This document shows positions 1 through 7,902 of a stretch of 61,234 nucleotides of DNA, in pieces. A program made the position numbers and the translations under genes. How positions within the stretch are numbered: the stretch's first letter is position 1; each line of letters starts with the position of its first letter. The stretch comes from Anaerolineales bacterium (lineage in GTDB: Bacteria > Chloroflexota > Anaerolineae > Anaerolineales > E44-bin32): positions 1 to 61,234 of the forward strand of contig JBGUDT010000004.1 in NCBI GenBank assembly GCA_041821665.1. Direction: 5' to 3'. The notes under the pieces are model-generated. The model ran no database searches and was not told the origin of the DNA. It worked only from the letters and a program-made list of their open reading frames with translations.

Positions 1-102
1 CTCCTCCCACACCTCGATCCTCTTCCTTCCGGGAAGGAGGAAAGGTTCCCACAATTAACTTCCCTTCTTGTTTTGGCGTTCAATTACCATCTCCCAAAAG
101 AA

Positions 103-125
103 GGAGAGGGGTTGGGGTGAGTGTG
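103..125 (-). repeat. REP-like GC-rich element, inverted copy of 52174..52196
   Basis: The reverse complement (CACACTCACCCCAACCCCTCTCC) matches 52174..52196 at 22 of 23 nt. It lies about 35 nt 3' of the stop of minus-strand gene 160..708. A short CTCC/GGAG hairpin is possible with adjacent bases. Confidence 0.6.
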
Positions 126-159
126 CCTTATATAGTTAGTGCCCCCCAAGCGTCTTAAG

Positions 160-708
160 CTACGTTTCCTGTTGTGAATTCCTTTGCAGCCAGAAGAAGA
201 TAGCTCCCAATAGACATAATCCAGCAATCGGCGCGCCTATTGCTACCAGCCAGCTCAGATTCGGAGGGTTCTGAACCCGCTCGATGAAGGTGGCGCTGCC
301 GCCCCCCTCGGGTCCTTGAATGTCGATCTGAATCTCCCAGAGACCCGTCACCGCCACGGGGAGGTGGGCAGCATATTCTGTGGGTATCGGCGCGATATCA
401 TGGACGGCGATCTCACTTAACTCAGGGGCGTCATTTTCAAGAGGGATTGCCCGCACGACGACATCCAGATCGGTCAACACTTCACCTGATTCGGCACCTG
501 TCACTCGCACCTCAACGTAAAGATTTTCGACGGTTGGAGGGGTTGGTGAAGTGACAGCCCGTACGAGGTAGGGTCCCGCCACGACATCGTCGAGGCGGAC
601 GCGGCGCCCACCAACGCCCGGTCCAGAAGCCGATGCGCTGGTCCAAACGGGAGCGAGGGCGCAAAGGGCGAGCATGATCGCCGAGGTCAGAGCAGTTTTA
701 TACCTCAT
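160..708 (-). CDS. Secreted, C-terminally membrane-anchored beta-rich protein, FixH/YtkA-like (hypothetical)
   Basis: ORF 160..921 trimmed to the internal Met (MRYKTALTSAIMLALCALAPVWTSASA), which gives a signal peptide. ATGA overlap with the upstream gene's stop at 705. C-terminal TM helix WLVAIGAPIAGLCLLGAIFFWL. Last gene of the copper operon. Domain call made by eye only. Confidence 0.55.
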   Translation of the reverse strand: MRYKTALTSAIMLALCALAPVWTSASASGPGVGGRRVRLDDVVAGPYLVRAVTSPTPPTVENLYVEVRVTGAESGEVLTDLDVVVRAIPLENDAPELSEIAVHDIAPIPTEYAAHLPVAVTGLWEIQIDIQGPEGGGSATFIERVQNPPNLSWLVAIGAPIAGLCLLGAIFFWLQRNSQQET

Positions 709-2114
709 GTTCCGAATCCTAACGCACCTCGCATCTCCATGGGAAGGTTGAAGATTGAGAGCGAGATGATCGTGAGCATGACGAGGGCGATGGCCCAGGG
801 GAGCAGCTCCTGGAAGGCGTATTGAGGATTGGTCGTGTTCTGAAGTGATACCCGTCCAATCACATAGAGTGAAACCGCAAATCCTATCAGGACGACTGCA
901 ACCTGGAGGGGAAATATCCACGACGATGGGAGCATGAAACCCACGTCCCAGTTAGGAGAATCCCCCAATATTGTGAGATTGTGGTCAAGAACGAACGATT
1001 GGAACACAGGGATGATGGCGAGTCCACCGATGACGAAATGAAATCCGTAATGTGCCATCCAGATCCCGAAACCTAACGGGACGAATCCCGGTGCGTACCG
1101 TGATGCAATGTTCTTTAGCTTTACCGCAGACGCTCGCGGGTTCAACAGCCTGCTCGCCCAGGCAGCCAAAACCAATACGATCATGGGTAGGATAATATTG
1201 CCCATGCCAAATATCAGCAACAAACGTACGCCCTCCGACTGTATCTTGAGGTCAATTGCCAGCCATTCATGCAGTCGATAAATTGGGGCGACCATGCCAA
1301 ACGCATTCATGACCCCCATGAAAGTAAGCGTGATGAACAAGAAAGCCAGATCCCACCTCGGTGGTCTGGCGGTTGTGAGATCGATTGCGGGAGTGCGAGC
1401 AGGCAGGGAGACGTTCGAATAGGGACAGGCACGGGCACAATCGAGGCAGAAGGTGCAGTCCATGTTCGAGTCGATCACGGGCACGTAGAGTTCAGTCCCA
1501 CAGCCAAGCGATTCACTGCTCCCGGTCACACATTCTTTGTTCTCACAAGTCCTGCATGTTGGTGTGTCACGTTTCGTGATTTGGAACGGGGAGATTGTTG
1601 AATAGGTAAAATTGAACGCGCCAATGGGGCAGACATACTTACAAAAAGGCGACTCATGGAAGATGGCTTCCAGTGCAAATGAGAGAAAAAAGTAAGTGAT
1701 CAGTAGCCAGGCGGTGAGCCATGGACTTGCCCATAGGTCGAGCCATTCGTACAACCAGAAGAGGATAAATAACCCGGCAACGGAGACCCATTTATTCCGG
1801 AGCACATTTGGAAAACGCCTTCCATGGCTGCTGACCTTCTTTGCCAACGACCTGGTGATGGTGAATGGACAGGCGAAACAAAAGACATTGCCGATAAGCA
1901 GCAGCGAAAGGATTACAAATCCTCGATAGTGCACCCACACAAGCAACGTGGCGTTGTTGGCTGCGGCAAGCTGCGGTCCGGTGAAGCCATCGTAGATGAT
2001 GAAGATCGCCAGAATGAGCAGGATAATCTGAAAACTTAGACGACCCCATTGCCAGCTGAGTAAGCGACCCGGGAAGGATGTTGCAAGTAAATCGAATCGA
2101 CGATGGTTTTCCAT
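705..2114 (-). CDS. Membrane-bound 4Fe-4S polyferredoxin, CcoG/NapH/MauN-like
   Basis: N-terminal TM helices. CxxxCP-type motifs FCFACPF and CKYVCPIGAF. A classical CTFCLDCARACP cluster motif plus CRTCENKEC. Additional C-terminal TM helices. Confidence 0.75.
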   Translation of the reverse strand: MENHRRFDLLATSFPGRLLSWQWGRLSFQIILLILAIFIIYDGFTGPQLAAANNATLLVWVHYRGFVILSLLLIGNVFCFACPFTITRSLAKKVSSHGRRFPNVLRNKWVSVAGLFILFWLYEWLDLWASPWLTAWLLITYFFLSFALEAIFHESPFCKYVCPIGAFNFTYSTISPFQITKRDTPTCRTCENKECVTGSSESLGCGTELYVPVIDSNMDCTFCLDCARACPYSNVSLPARTPAIDLTTARPPRWDLAFLFITLTFMGVMNAFGMVAPIYRLHEWLAIDLKIQSEGVRLLLIFGMGNIILPMIVLVLAAWASRLLNPRASAVKLKNIASRYAPGFVPLGFGIWMAHYGFHFVIGGLAIIPVFQSFVLDHNLTILGDSPNWDVGFMLPSSWIFPLQVAVVLIGFAVSLYVIGRVSLQNTTNPQYAFQELLPWAIALVMLTIISLSIFNLPMEMRGALGFGT

Positions 2115-2160
2115 GTGTTTATGTACTCAGCATGTGGTTGGTGGATGTTCCATAATCTGC

Positions 2161-2568
2161 TTACTCTGAGGAAACTGTGAGCTCGAAGGTACGGTTAATA
2201 CTCATACCATCTGGGAGTTCACCCGTAACCGTCAAGATCCAGTCTCCAGCCATGGTCCACTCGAAAGGGATGCTGTATTTCCCGTCCCCGATCTCCTCGC
2301 TGTCGCCTAATACGGGCATCATGCCGGCATGAGACATATCGCCCTTTGCGCTAAGAGAGGCACCTTCGATGCGTTGGCCCTGTGCATCCCTGAGTTCAAA
2401 ATACAGGGTTGCCTCGCCGATCGTGGCCGGGGATGGATCGACGGTGAGTTCGATATTGACATCAGCAGCCGTCTCCTCTCCCTGGCTCGCTCGGGCGCAA
2501 GCAGGTAAGAAGACTGCGCCAATGATGAGGTATATGCTGATTACTTTATGGATTCTTGACGGGCGCAT
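2161..2568 (-). CDS. YtkA-like domain lipoprotein
   Basis: ORF 2161..2712 trimmed to MRPSRIHKVISIYLIIGAVFLPAC (signal peptide plus lipobox Cys). Ectodomain has Met/His-rich stretch GDMSHAGMMPV and FEWTMAGDW, typical of YtkA-like Ig-fold domains. Confidence 0.65.
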   Translation of the reverse strand: MRPSRIHKVISIYLIIGAVFLPACARASQGEETAADVNIELTVDPSPATIGEATLYFELRDAQGQRIEGASLSAKGDMSHAGMMPVLGDSEEIGDGKYSIPFEWTMAGDWILTVTGELPDGMSINRTFELTVSSE

Positions 2569-3097
2569 GTATGATGACCTCCCCGGTTTTTTCAAAGAGC
2601 AGTTTGAGTTCGATAAGTTCACCCATCGCGAAATCCTGGTGCAGGCCGATGAGCATAATGTGAAAGCCTCCGGGCTCAAATTTGACAATCTCTCCCGCAG
2701 GAATGGGGACATTTTCTTGGTGTTCCATTCGCATTGTGCCTTCTTCGTCCATGATGCTTTTATGGATCATCACCTCGCTTGCTACTTCACTCGAGGCTGA
2801 GAGCAGAGTATCCGGGTAGCTTCCCCCGGTGATTTCGAAGTAGACCGCACTATTTTCCCCCTCAAGACCAGATCTAGTCCAGGGTGAGGAAACGGTTATC
2901 TCTCCTGGCGCAGTATTGCACGCGCTTGCCAACACGAAGATAGCGATGATGGGAATAAGCCAGAATACTCTGTAGTTTGCTGCTGGGATGAATGGCAAGC
3001 ATGGTAGAGGGGTGGCAACATCTGCAAAGGCTTTTTCCTTGGAAGATACCCCGCAGCTAGCTGTGGGGTTCTTCATTGCGATTCTGGGAAATATCAT
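2546..3097 (-). CDS. Copper chaperone PCu(A)C (DUF461 family)
   Basis: VMIHKSIMDEEGTMRMEH ... GGFHIML fits the H(M)x10Mx21HxM Cu(I) motif. Lipobox-like VLASAC. ATGA overlap with the SCO1 stop at 3094..3097 supports the 3097 start. Confidence 0.85.
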   Translation of the reverse strand: MIFPRIAMKNPTASCGVSSKEKAFADVATPLPCLPFIPAANYRVFWLIPIIAIFVLASACNTAPGEITVSSPWTRSGLEGENSAVYFEITGGSYPDTLLSASSEVASEVMIHKSIMDEEGTMRMEHQENVPIPAGEIVKFEPGGFHIMLIGLHQDFAMGELIELKLLFEKTGEVIIHAPVKNP

Positions 3098-3690
3098 GAC
3101 TCGCTCCCGATCAAGTGTTCGACATCAGATAGAATTTTTCCGTTTGGTGTGCCGAAGCTATAGCCAGTTCTCAAAATCCCTTCCTGATCGATGAGGAAAA
3201 TGCGAGCAGTGTGGGAGACAAGGTAATTAAGCGGATCAGATTCAGGATCGATCTCGGAGAACACGCCATAGGCTTGTTTGACATTCTCCAGTTCTTCACC
3301 ATCACCCCAAAGACCAATGTATCCGGGATGAAACCGTGATAGGTATTCATCGAGAATCTCAGGTGAATCACGGTCAGGATCCACAGTGATCATCACAAAA
3401 ACGACTTCTTGAGATGAATCACCAAGCTCATCCAGGATTTGCCTTACGCTGGCCAGCGTTGATGGGCATACATCCGGACAGAAAGTGTATCCAAAATACA
3501 ACAATACAATCTTTCCATGATAGTCTTCTAGCTGGAAGGGTATTCCTGAAGTATCTGTTAATGGAATTGGAGGAGCAGGATTCGGGTCTTGGTAAGGACT
3601 TCCATTGAAAACATGTGGTTCGTTCTGACAAGCGATCAACAGACAAATCAGGAGAAGGAAAAGTACGGAGGATCTCAGTTTTTTCATCAT
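3094..3690 (-). CDS. SCO1/SenC family copper-binding thioredoxin-fold protein
   Basis: FGYTFCPDVCPSTL (CxxxC) plus a downstream His (VSHTARIFLID). Trimmed to MMKKLRSSVLFLLLICLLIAC, which gives a signal peptide and lipobox. Confidence 0.88.
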   Translation of the reverse strand: MMKKLRSSVLFLLLICLLIACQNEPHVFNGSPYQDPNPAPPIPLTDTSGIPFQLEDYHGKIVLLYFGYTFCPDVCPSTLASVRQILDELGDSSQEVVFVMITVDPDRDSPEILDEYLSRFHPGYIGLWGDGEELENVKQAYGVFSEIDPESDPLNYLVSHTARIFLIDQEGILRTGYSFGTPNGKILSDVEHLIGSES

Positions 3691-3780
3691 CAATTCGAGC
3701 GGAGGATTGAGATTGATTCTATCATAGGGTGAATGCGCAATATTCGCGAACACAGAGGCAGGAATATGGACGTGGGAAAA

Positions 3781-4764
3781 ATGGAATACCGCCGGCTTGG
3801 TCGGTCGGGGATGATGGTTTCAGCGCTATGCATGGGTACGATGCAGTTCGGATGGACAGCGGATGAAAATGCATCATTCCGTATCCTCGATATTGCGTAT
3901 GAGCGTGGGATCAATTTCATCGACACCGCGAATATTTATTCAAAGTGGGTGGATGGAAATCCCGGTGGTGTCTCCGAAGCGATCATCGGTAATTGGTTGA
4001 GACAGAGGAAGGGGCGACGTGAAAAAATCGTCTTAGCCACGAAGGTCAGAGGTTCGATGGGGGAGACTCCGAATGATGAAGGGCTCTCGCGTCGCCATAT
4101 CCTCCAAGAAGTTGAGAAATCTCTCACTAGATTAGGCACAGATTACGTGGATCTATACCAACTCCACTGGCCGGATGAAAGCACACCTATCGAAGAGACG
4201 TTGCGAACCCTTGATGATCTGGTACACCAGGGCAAGATTCGGTATATTGGTTGCTCGAACTTCAAAGCATGGCAATTGGTTCAAGCTCTCTGGACATCCG
4301 ACAAACATAATCTTGCATCGTTTGTGAGCCTCCAACCCCACTACAATCTCGTTCATCGGGATGAATATGAGCGGGATTTGGAGGATGTCTGTACTCAATA
4401 CGGCATTGGTGTCACTCCTTATAGCCCTCTCGCAGGAGGATATCTAACAGGTAAATATAGGCAGAGTAAAGGACTTCCTAAGGGTTCAAGAGCCGAAACG
4501 AGCGATCGAATTCGAACCTATATTGCGGATAATAGATCGGACGAGATATTACGAGAGCTGATTCAGTTGAGTGAAGAGAAGAAATCTACTCCTTCCCGCA
4601 TCGCTCTCCGCTGGCTTCTCTCCAGACCTGGTGTGAGCAGTGTCATTATTGGACCAAAAAACGAGGAACAAATCATTGACAATCTTGCTTGCCTTGAGAT
4701 CCGCATGGATTCGGAAGATCTGAGGGGGCTGGATGAGATCAGTGCTGGAGAGAAGAATAGTTGA
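3781..4764 (+). CDS. Aldo/keto reductase
   Basis: Starts MEYRRLGRSGMMVSALCMGTMQFG. Also GINFIDTANIYS, DLYQLHWPD and IRYIGCSNF. ORF trimmed from 3733 to the canonical AKR N-terminus. Confidence 0.9.
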   Translation: MEYRRLGRSGMMVSALCMGTMQFGWTADENASFRILDIAYERGINFIDTANIYSKWVDGNPGGVSEAIIGNWLRQRKGRREKIVLATKVRGSMGETPNDEGLSRRHILQEVEKSLTRLGTDYVDLYQLHWPDESTPIEETLRTLDDLVHQGKIRYIGCSNFKAWQLVQALWTSDKHNLASFVSLQPHYNLVHRDEYERDLEDVCTQYGIGVTPYSPLAGGYLTGKYRQSKGLPKGSRAETSDRIRTYIADNRSDEILRELIQLSEEKKSTPSRIALRWLLSRPGVSSVIIGPKNEEQIIDNLACLEIRMDSEDLRGLDEISAGEKNS

Positions 4765-4890
4765 ATTCTACAAGGAAGGAATTACCCTTTTGCTTGGGTT
4801 GGTAGTGGAGAATCTTGTTCAGTTATGGTAAGTTAATGAGTGTCGATGATATAATGGCGCAGATAGCTGTTCGAAGACAAGGGAGGTCGG

Positions 4891-5745
4891 ATGGAGGAAG
4901 CCATCCGCCGCTTTCTCGCACATATTGAGCAATACCGAGGTGCCACGCAAAATACCCTGTTGGCATATGGCACTGATTTAAAGCAGTTCGACCGTGTCCT
5001 TTCAGTGTCGTCTGAAGTAGACACCTTTCCCGAAAAGATCACCCAAGATAGTTTGACCCATTATGCGGGGTGGCTGGAGCAGCAGGGCTATCGTCCTGCG
5101 ACCATCTCTCGGAAAATGGCTGCGGTACGGTCATTCCTGGATTATCTTGAGCAGGAAGAAGGTTTTAAAGGTGGATTTGTCCATGATGCACTCCAATCCC
5201 CTCCGAATCCGCGTCACGAACCGACTGTTCTGAGCCCGGAAGAACTTCAACGCTTAATTGATGCGCCCATCAGCGTAGGGTCCGCTAGCGCTCTCCGCGA
5301 TTCGGCCATCCTGACATTTATATACGAGACGGGGTTCCGTGCCGCAGAAGTTGTCGAATTATGGACGACGGATATTGATTTGATCTTCAACGCCGTGCGC
5401 CGACCACCTGGACGCACCGAGACAAGACCATTGGGAGCCGCATCGTCACCTATCGCTAGATACCTCCAACAGGGTCGTCCTCATCTGATACGAAATCCAT
5501 TGGAAAATCATTTATTCTTAAATCACCGTGGAAATGGATTGAGCAGGCAAGGATTGTGGCTGGTTGTGAAGCGCTGGGCCGCGGTTGTGGGAATCGATAG
5601 AGACATTTCTCCGAACACATTGAGGCATACACGTGCAAAGACACTACTGGACAGAGGCATGAGTCGGAGGGATGTGCAGAAATTCCTTGGGTTATCGAGC
5701 CCGAATGCCATTCGGGTCCATAAAAGTAAGGTTTATGAAGAATAG
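4891..5745 (+). CDS. Tyrosine-recombinase-fold protein, XerC/XerD-like with degenerate C-terminal catalytic box
   Basis: SAM-like N-domain (TLLAYGTDLKQF, YRPATISRKMAAVRSF). Catalytic domain ETGFRAAEV ... NTLRHTRAKTLL ... FLGLSSPNAIRVHKSKVYEE. GGGAGG Shine-Dalgarno sequence upstream. Confidence 0.75.
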   Translation: MEEAIRRFLAHIEQYRGATQNTLLAYGTDLKQFDRVLSVSSEVDTFPEKITQDSLTHYAGWLEQQGYRPATISRKMAAVRSFLDYLEQEEGFKGGFVHDALQSPPNPRHEPTVLSPEELQRLIDAPISVGSASALRDSAILTFIYETGFRAAEVVELWTTDIDLIFNAVRRPPGRTETRPLGAASSPIARYLQQGRPHLIRNPLENHLFLNHRGNGLSRQGLWLVVKRWAAVVGIDRDISPNTLRHTRAKTLLDRGMSRRDVQKFLGLSSPNAIRVHKSKVYEE

Positions 5746-5754
5746 GATGGTCGG

Positions 5755-6588
5755 ATGGAATACTTGATGGAAAGTGACATCAACGAAGCTACGCAAGCGA
5801 TAAGGGATCGAACTAAAGTAGAACCGAAGATCGGGATGATCCTTGGCTCTGGGCTCGGCAATCTGGCAGAATCGGTCGAAAATAAACAAGCATTCTCCTC
5901 AAAAGAGATACCTGGTTGGCCTGCTTCGACAGTTGAAGGTCATGAGGGCCGTCTGGTGTTTGGTGAACTGGAGGAAAAACCCGTTTTTGTAATGCAAGGG
6001 CGTGCTCATTACTACGAGGGACATCCGATTGCCAGGATTGGCCTTCCTGTCCGCGTCATGCAGACCATGGGTGTAGAAATCATCATTATCACGAATGCTG
6101 CCGGTGCAGTACATCCGGATTTCTCCCCAGGGGAGTTGATGTTGATCGTGGATCACATCAACATTTTGGGTATGGCGGGGATCACGCCTCTGTATGGACC
6201 TAACCTTGATCGATTCGGTCCTCGCTTTCCGGATATGAGCCGGGCTTATGATCTGGATTTATTGAATTCTGCCCGGGAAGCCGCCCGCGAGGGGAAGATC
6301 CCTGTTCAGGAAGGTGTGTACGTTTGTCTTGCAGGTCCATCATTTGAGACTCCTGCAGACTTGCGATTTCTGCGAGGCATAGGTGTGGACGCAGTTGGAA
6401 TGTCGACAGTACCTGAAGTGATCGTAGCCAGACATGGGGGCACGCGCGTGCTCGGAATATCTGGTATAAGCAATAAGGCTAACCTGGACGGCAAGACGGA
6501 GACGACACACGAGGAGGTTCTTGAGGCAGGGGAGATACTCGTTCCGCGATTAATCGATTTGCTCACGAGGGTATTGCGTAAGGTATAA
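5755..6588 (+). CDS. punA: Purine nucleoside phosphorylase (PNP/MTAP family, PunA type)
   Basis: GMILGSGLG, HEGRLVFGEL, MQGRAHYYEG, GPSFETPAD, VGMSTVPEV. Confidence 0.9.
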   Translation: MEYLMESDINEATQAIRDRTKVEPKIGMILGSGLGNLAESVENKQAFSSKEIPGWPASTVEGHEGRLVFGELEEKPVFVMQGRAHYYEGHPIARIGLPVRVMQTMGVEIIIITNAAGAVHPDFSPGELMLIVDHINILGMAGITPLYGPNLDRFGPRFPDMSRAYDLDLLNSAREAAREGKIPVQEGVYVCLAGPSFETPADLRFLRGIGVDAVGMSTVPEVIVARHGGTRVLGISGISNKANLDGKTETTHEEVLEAGEILVPRLIDLLTRVLRKV

Positions 6589-6600
6589 GTTCTTACTGGT

Positions 6601-7299
6601 ATGGAAGAAGTCCTTCTATTCATTGAAGAGAACCAGGCCTGGATTTTCCTCGTTCTGGTAATTTTCGGGGTAATCTATCTCCGTTCTACCATCATTGCCT
6701 TTCGAGAGATGCGCAGTGCCATGTACGGGTTGGAACGAGAACGCGCTGTTGCGCGGTTGACCCGCTCGGGCGCTTCACTCGCCCTTGTCGCTGCAGTGAT
6801 GTTTGCGACTTTTATCATTGTTACCTTTACAACGCCTGCGCTCCCAGCGTCGGCGCGCCCTACACCAATTCCCACAGTCTCATTTCTAACAACGCCACAG
6901 CAGGAAGGGGGGAGTGAGGATGATGAACTCGCCACAGCTACCTCGATATCCTCCAGCGTAGGGGATAGTTCCGGTTGTTTGAACCCTCTCGCAACCATCC
7001 TTTCACCTGCTGACAATGATTCTGTGAGCGGGGTGATCACTTTTACCGGGGCAGCAAATATCCCAGGGTTTGCGTTTTATAAAATTGAATATAACGATCT
7101 CTCGTCTACGGGGAGTTGGCTCGCGATCTCTGCAAATACAACCCAAGTTTGCGAAGATGCATGCGAGGAAGAAGAAGTGCTCGGCAATTGGGATACGAGT
7201 CTGGTTACACCAGGAGATTACGCTGTGCGATTGGTAGTCACGGACACAGTAGGAAATGCACCCATGCCTTGCCAGATCCAACTGCGAGTAATACCATGA
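6601..7299 (+). CDS. Hypothetical membrane-anchored protein with C-terminal beta-sandwich-like domain
   Basis: Two predicted TM helices (WIFLVLVIFGVIYL, LALVAAVMFATFIIVTF), a Pro/Ser-rich linker, and a Cys-containing C-terminal domain (GVITFTGAANIPGFAFYKIEY ... YAVRLVVTDTVGN). Confidence 0.5.
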   Translation: MEEVLLFIEENQAWIFLVLVIFGVIYLRSTIIAFREMRSAMYGLERERAVARLTRSGASLALVAAVMFATFIIVTFTTPALPASARPTPIPTVSFLTTPQQEGGSEDDELATATSISSSVGDSSGCLNPLATILSPADNDSVSGVITFTGAANIPGFAFYKIEYNDLSSTGSWLAISANTTQVCEDACEEEEVLGNWDTSLVTPGDYAVRLVVTDTVGNAPMPCQIQLRVIP

Positions 7300-7327
7300 C
7301 CCAAGCATCGAAACAGGAGTATGTGCA

Positions 7328-7873
7328 TTGACAACAAACGGTGTGATCATACGTCAAGCCGTATCGAGCGATATTCCGATTCTTATGGGATTGGATCACG
7401 GCTTTGATACGGATCACGTTTGGCAGCTATCCTATATGGCCGAATCGGTTGAAATAGGTGTGGTATTTAGAGAGGTCCGTCTTCCTAGACCCATGCGAGT
7501 GCCATACCCCCGTGACCCGGAGAAACTAGCAGATGAGTGGACGCGCAGAGCAGCTCTGTTGCTGGCAGAGATCAACGATTTGCCGATTGCATATATTTCA
7601 CTCGTTGATGGTCCCGCTCAGGCTTCCGGCTGGGTGACGGATCTTGTTGTAGATTTGCGTTATCGAAAGATGGGCGTCGGAACACAACTGTTGAATGCAG
7701 CGAAAGAGTGGTGCAAAACACGAGGCATGAATCAACTGTTTCTAGAGATGCAGAGCAAGAATTATCCGGCGATTTGCCTCGCCCGTAAGAATGGATTCGC
7801 TTTCTCAGGATACAGCGATCGTTATTATTCTGATCAAGATATCGTCTTGTTTTTTACAAAAGCCATCCGCTGA
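7328..7873 (+). CDS. GNAT family N-acetyltransferase
   Basis: RYRKMGVGTQLLNAAKEW (acetyl-CoA Q/RxxGxG/A motif) and NYPAICLARKNGF. TTG start in the ORF track. Confidence 0.8.
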   Translation: MTTNGVIIRQAVSSDIPILMGLDHGFDTDHVWQLSYMAESVEIGVVFREVRLPRPMRVPYPRDPEKLADEWTRRAALLLAEINDLPIAYISLVDGPAQASGWVTDLVVDLRYRKMGVGTQLLNAAKEWCKTRGMNQLFLEMQSKNYPAICLARKNGFAFSGYSDRYYSDQDIVLFFTKAIR

Positions 7874-7902
7874 AAACATAGTAAAGGAATCTTAGCGCGG
7901 GT

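Noticed and set aside
709-921. N-terminal extensions of ORFs 160..921, 2161..2712, 3094..3753, 3733..4764, 10862.., 24620.. and 46233..
   Set aside because: In each case an internal Met yields a proper signal peptide or canonical family N-terminus, and it removes overlap with the upstream gene.
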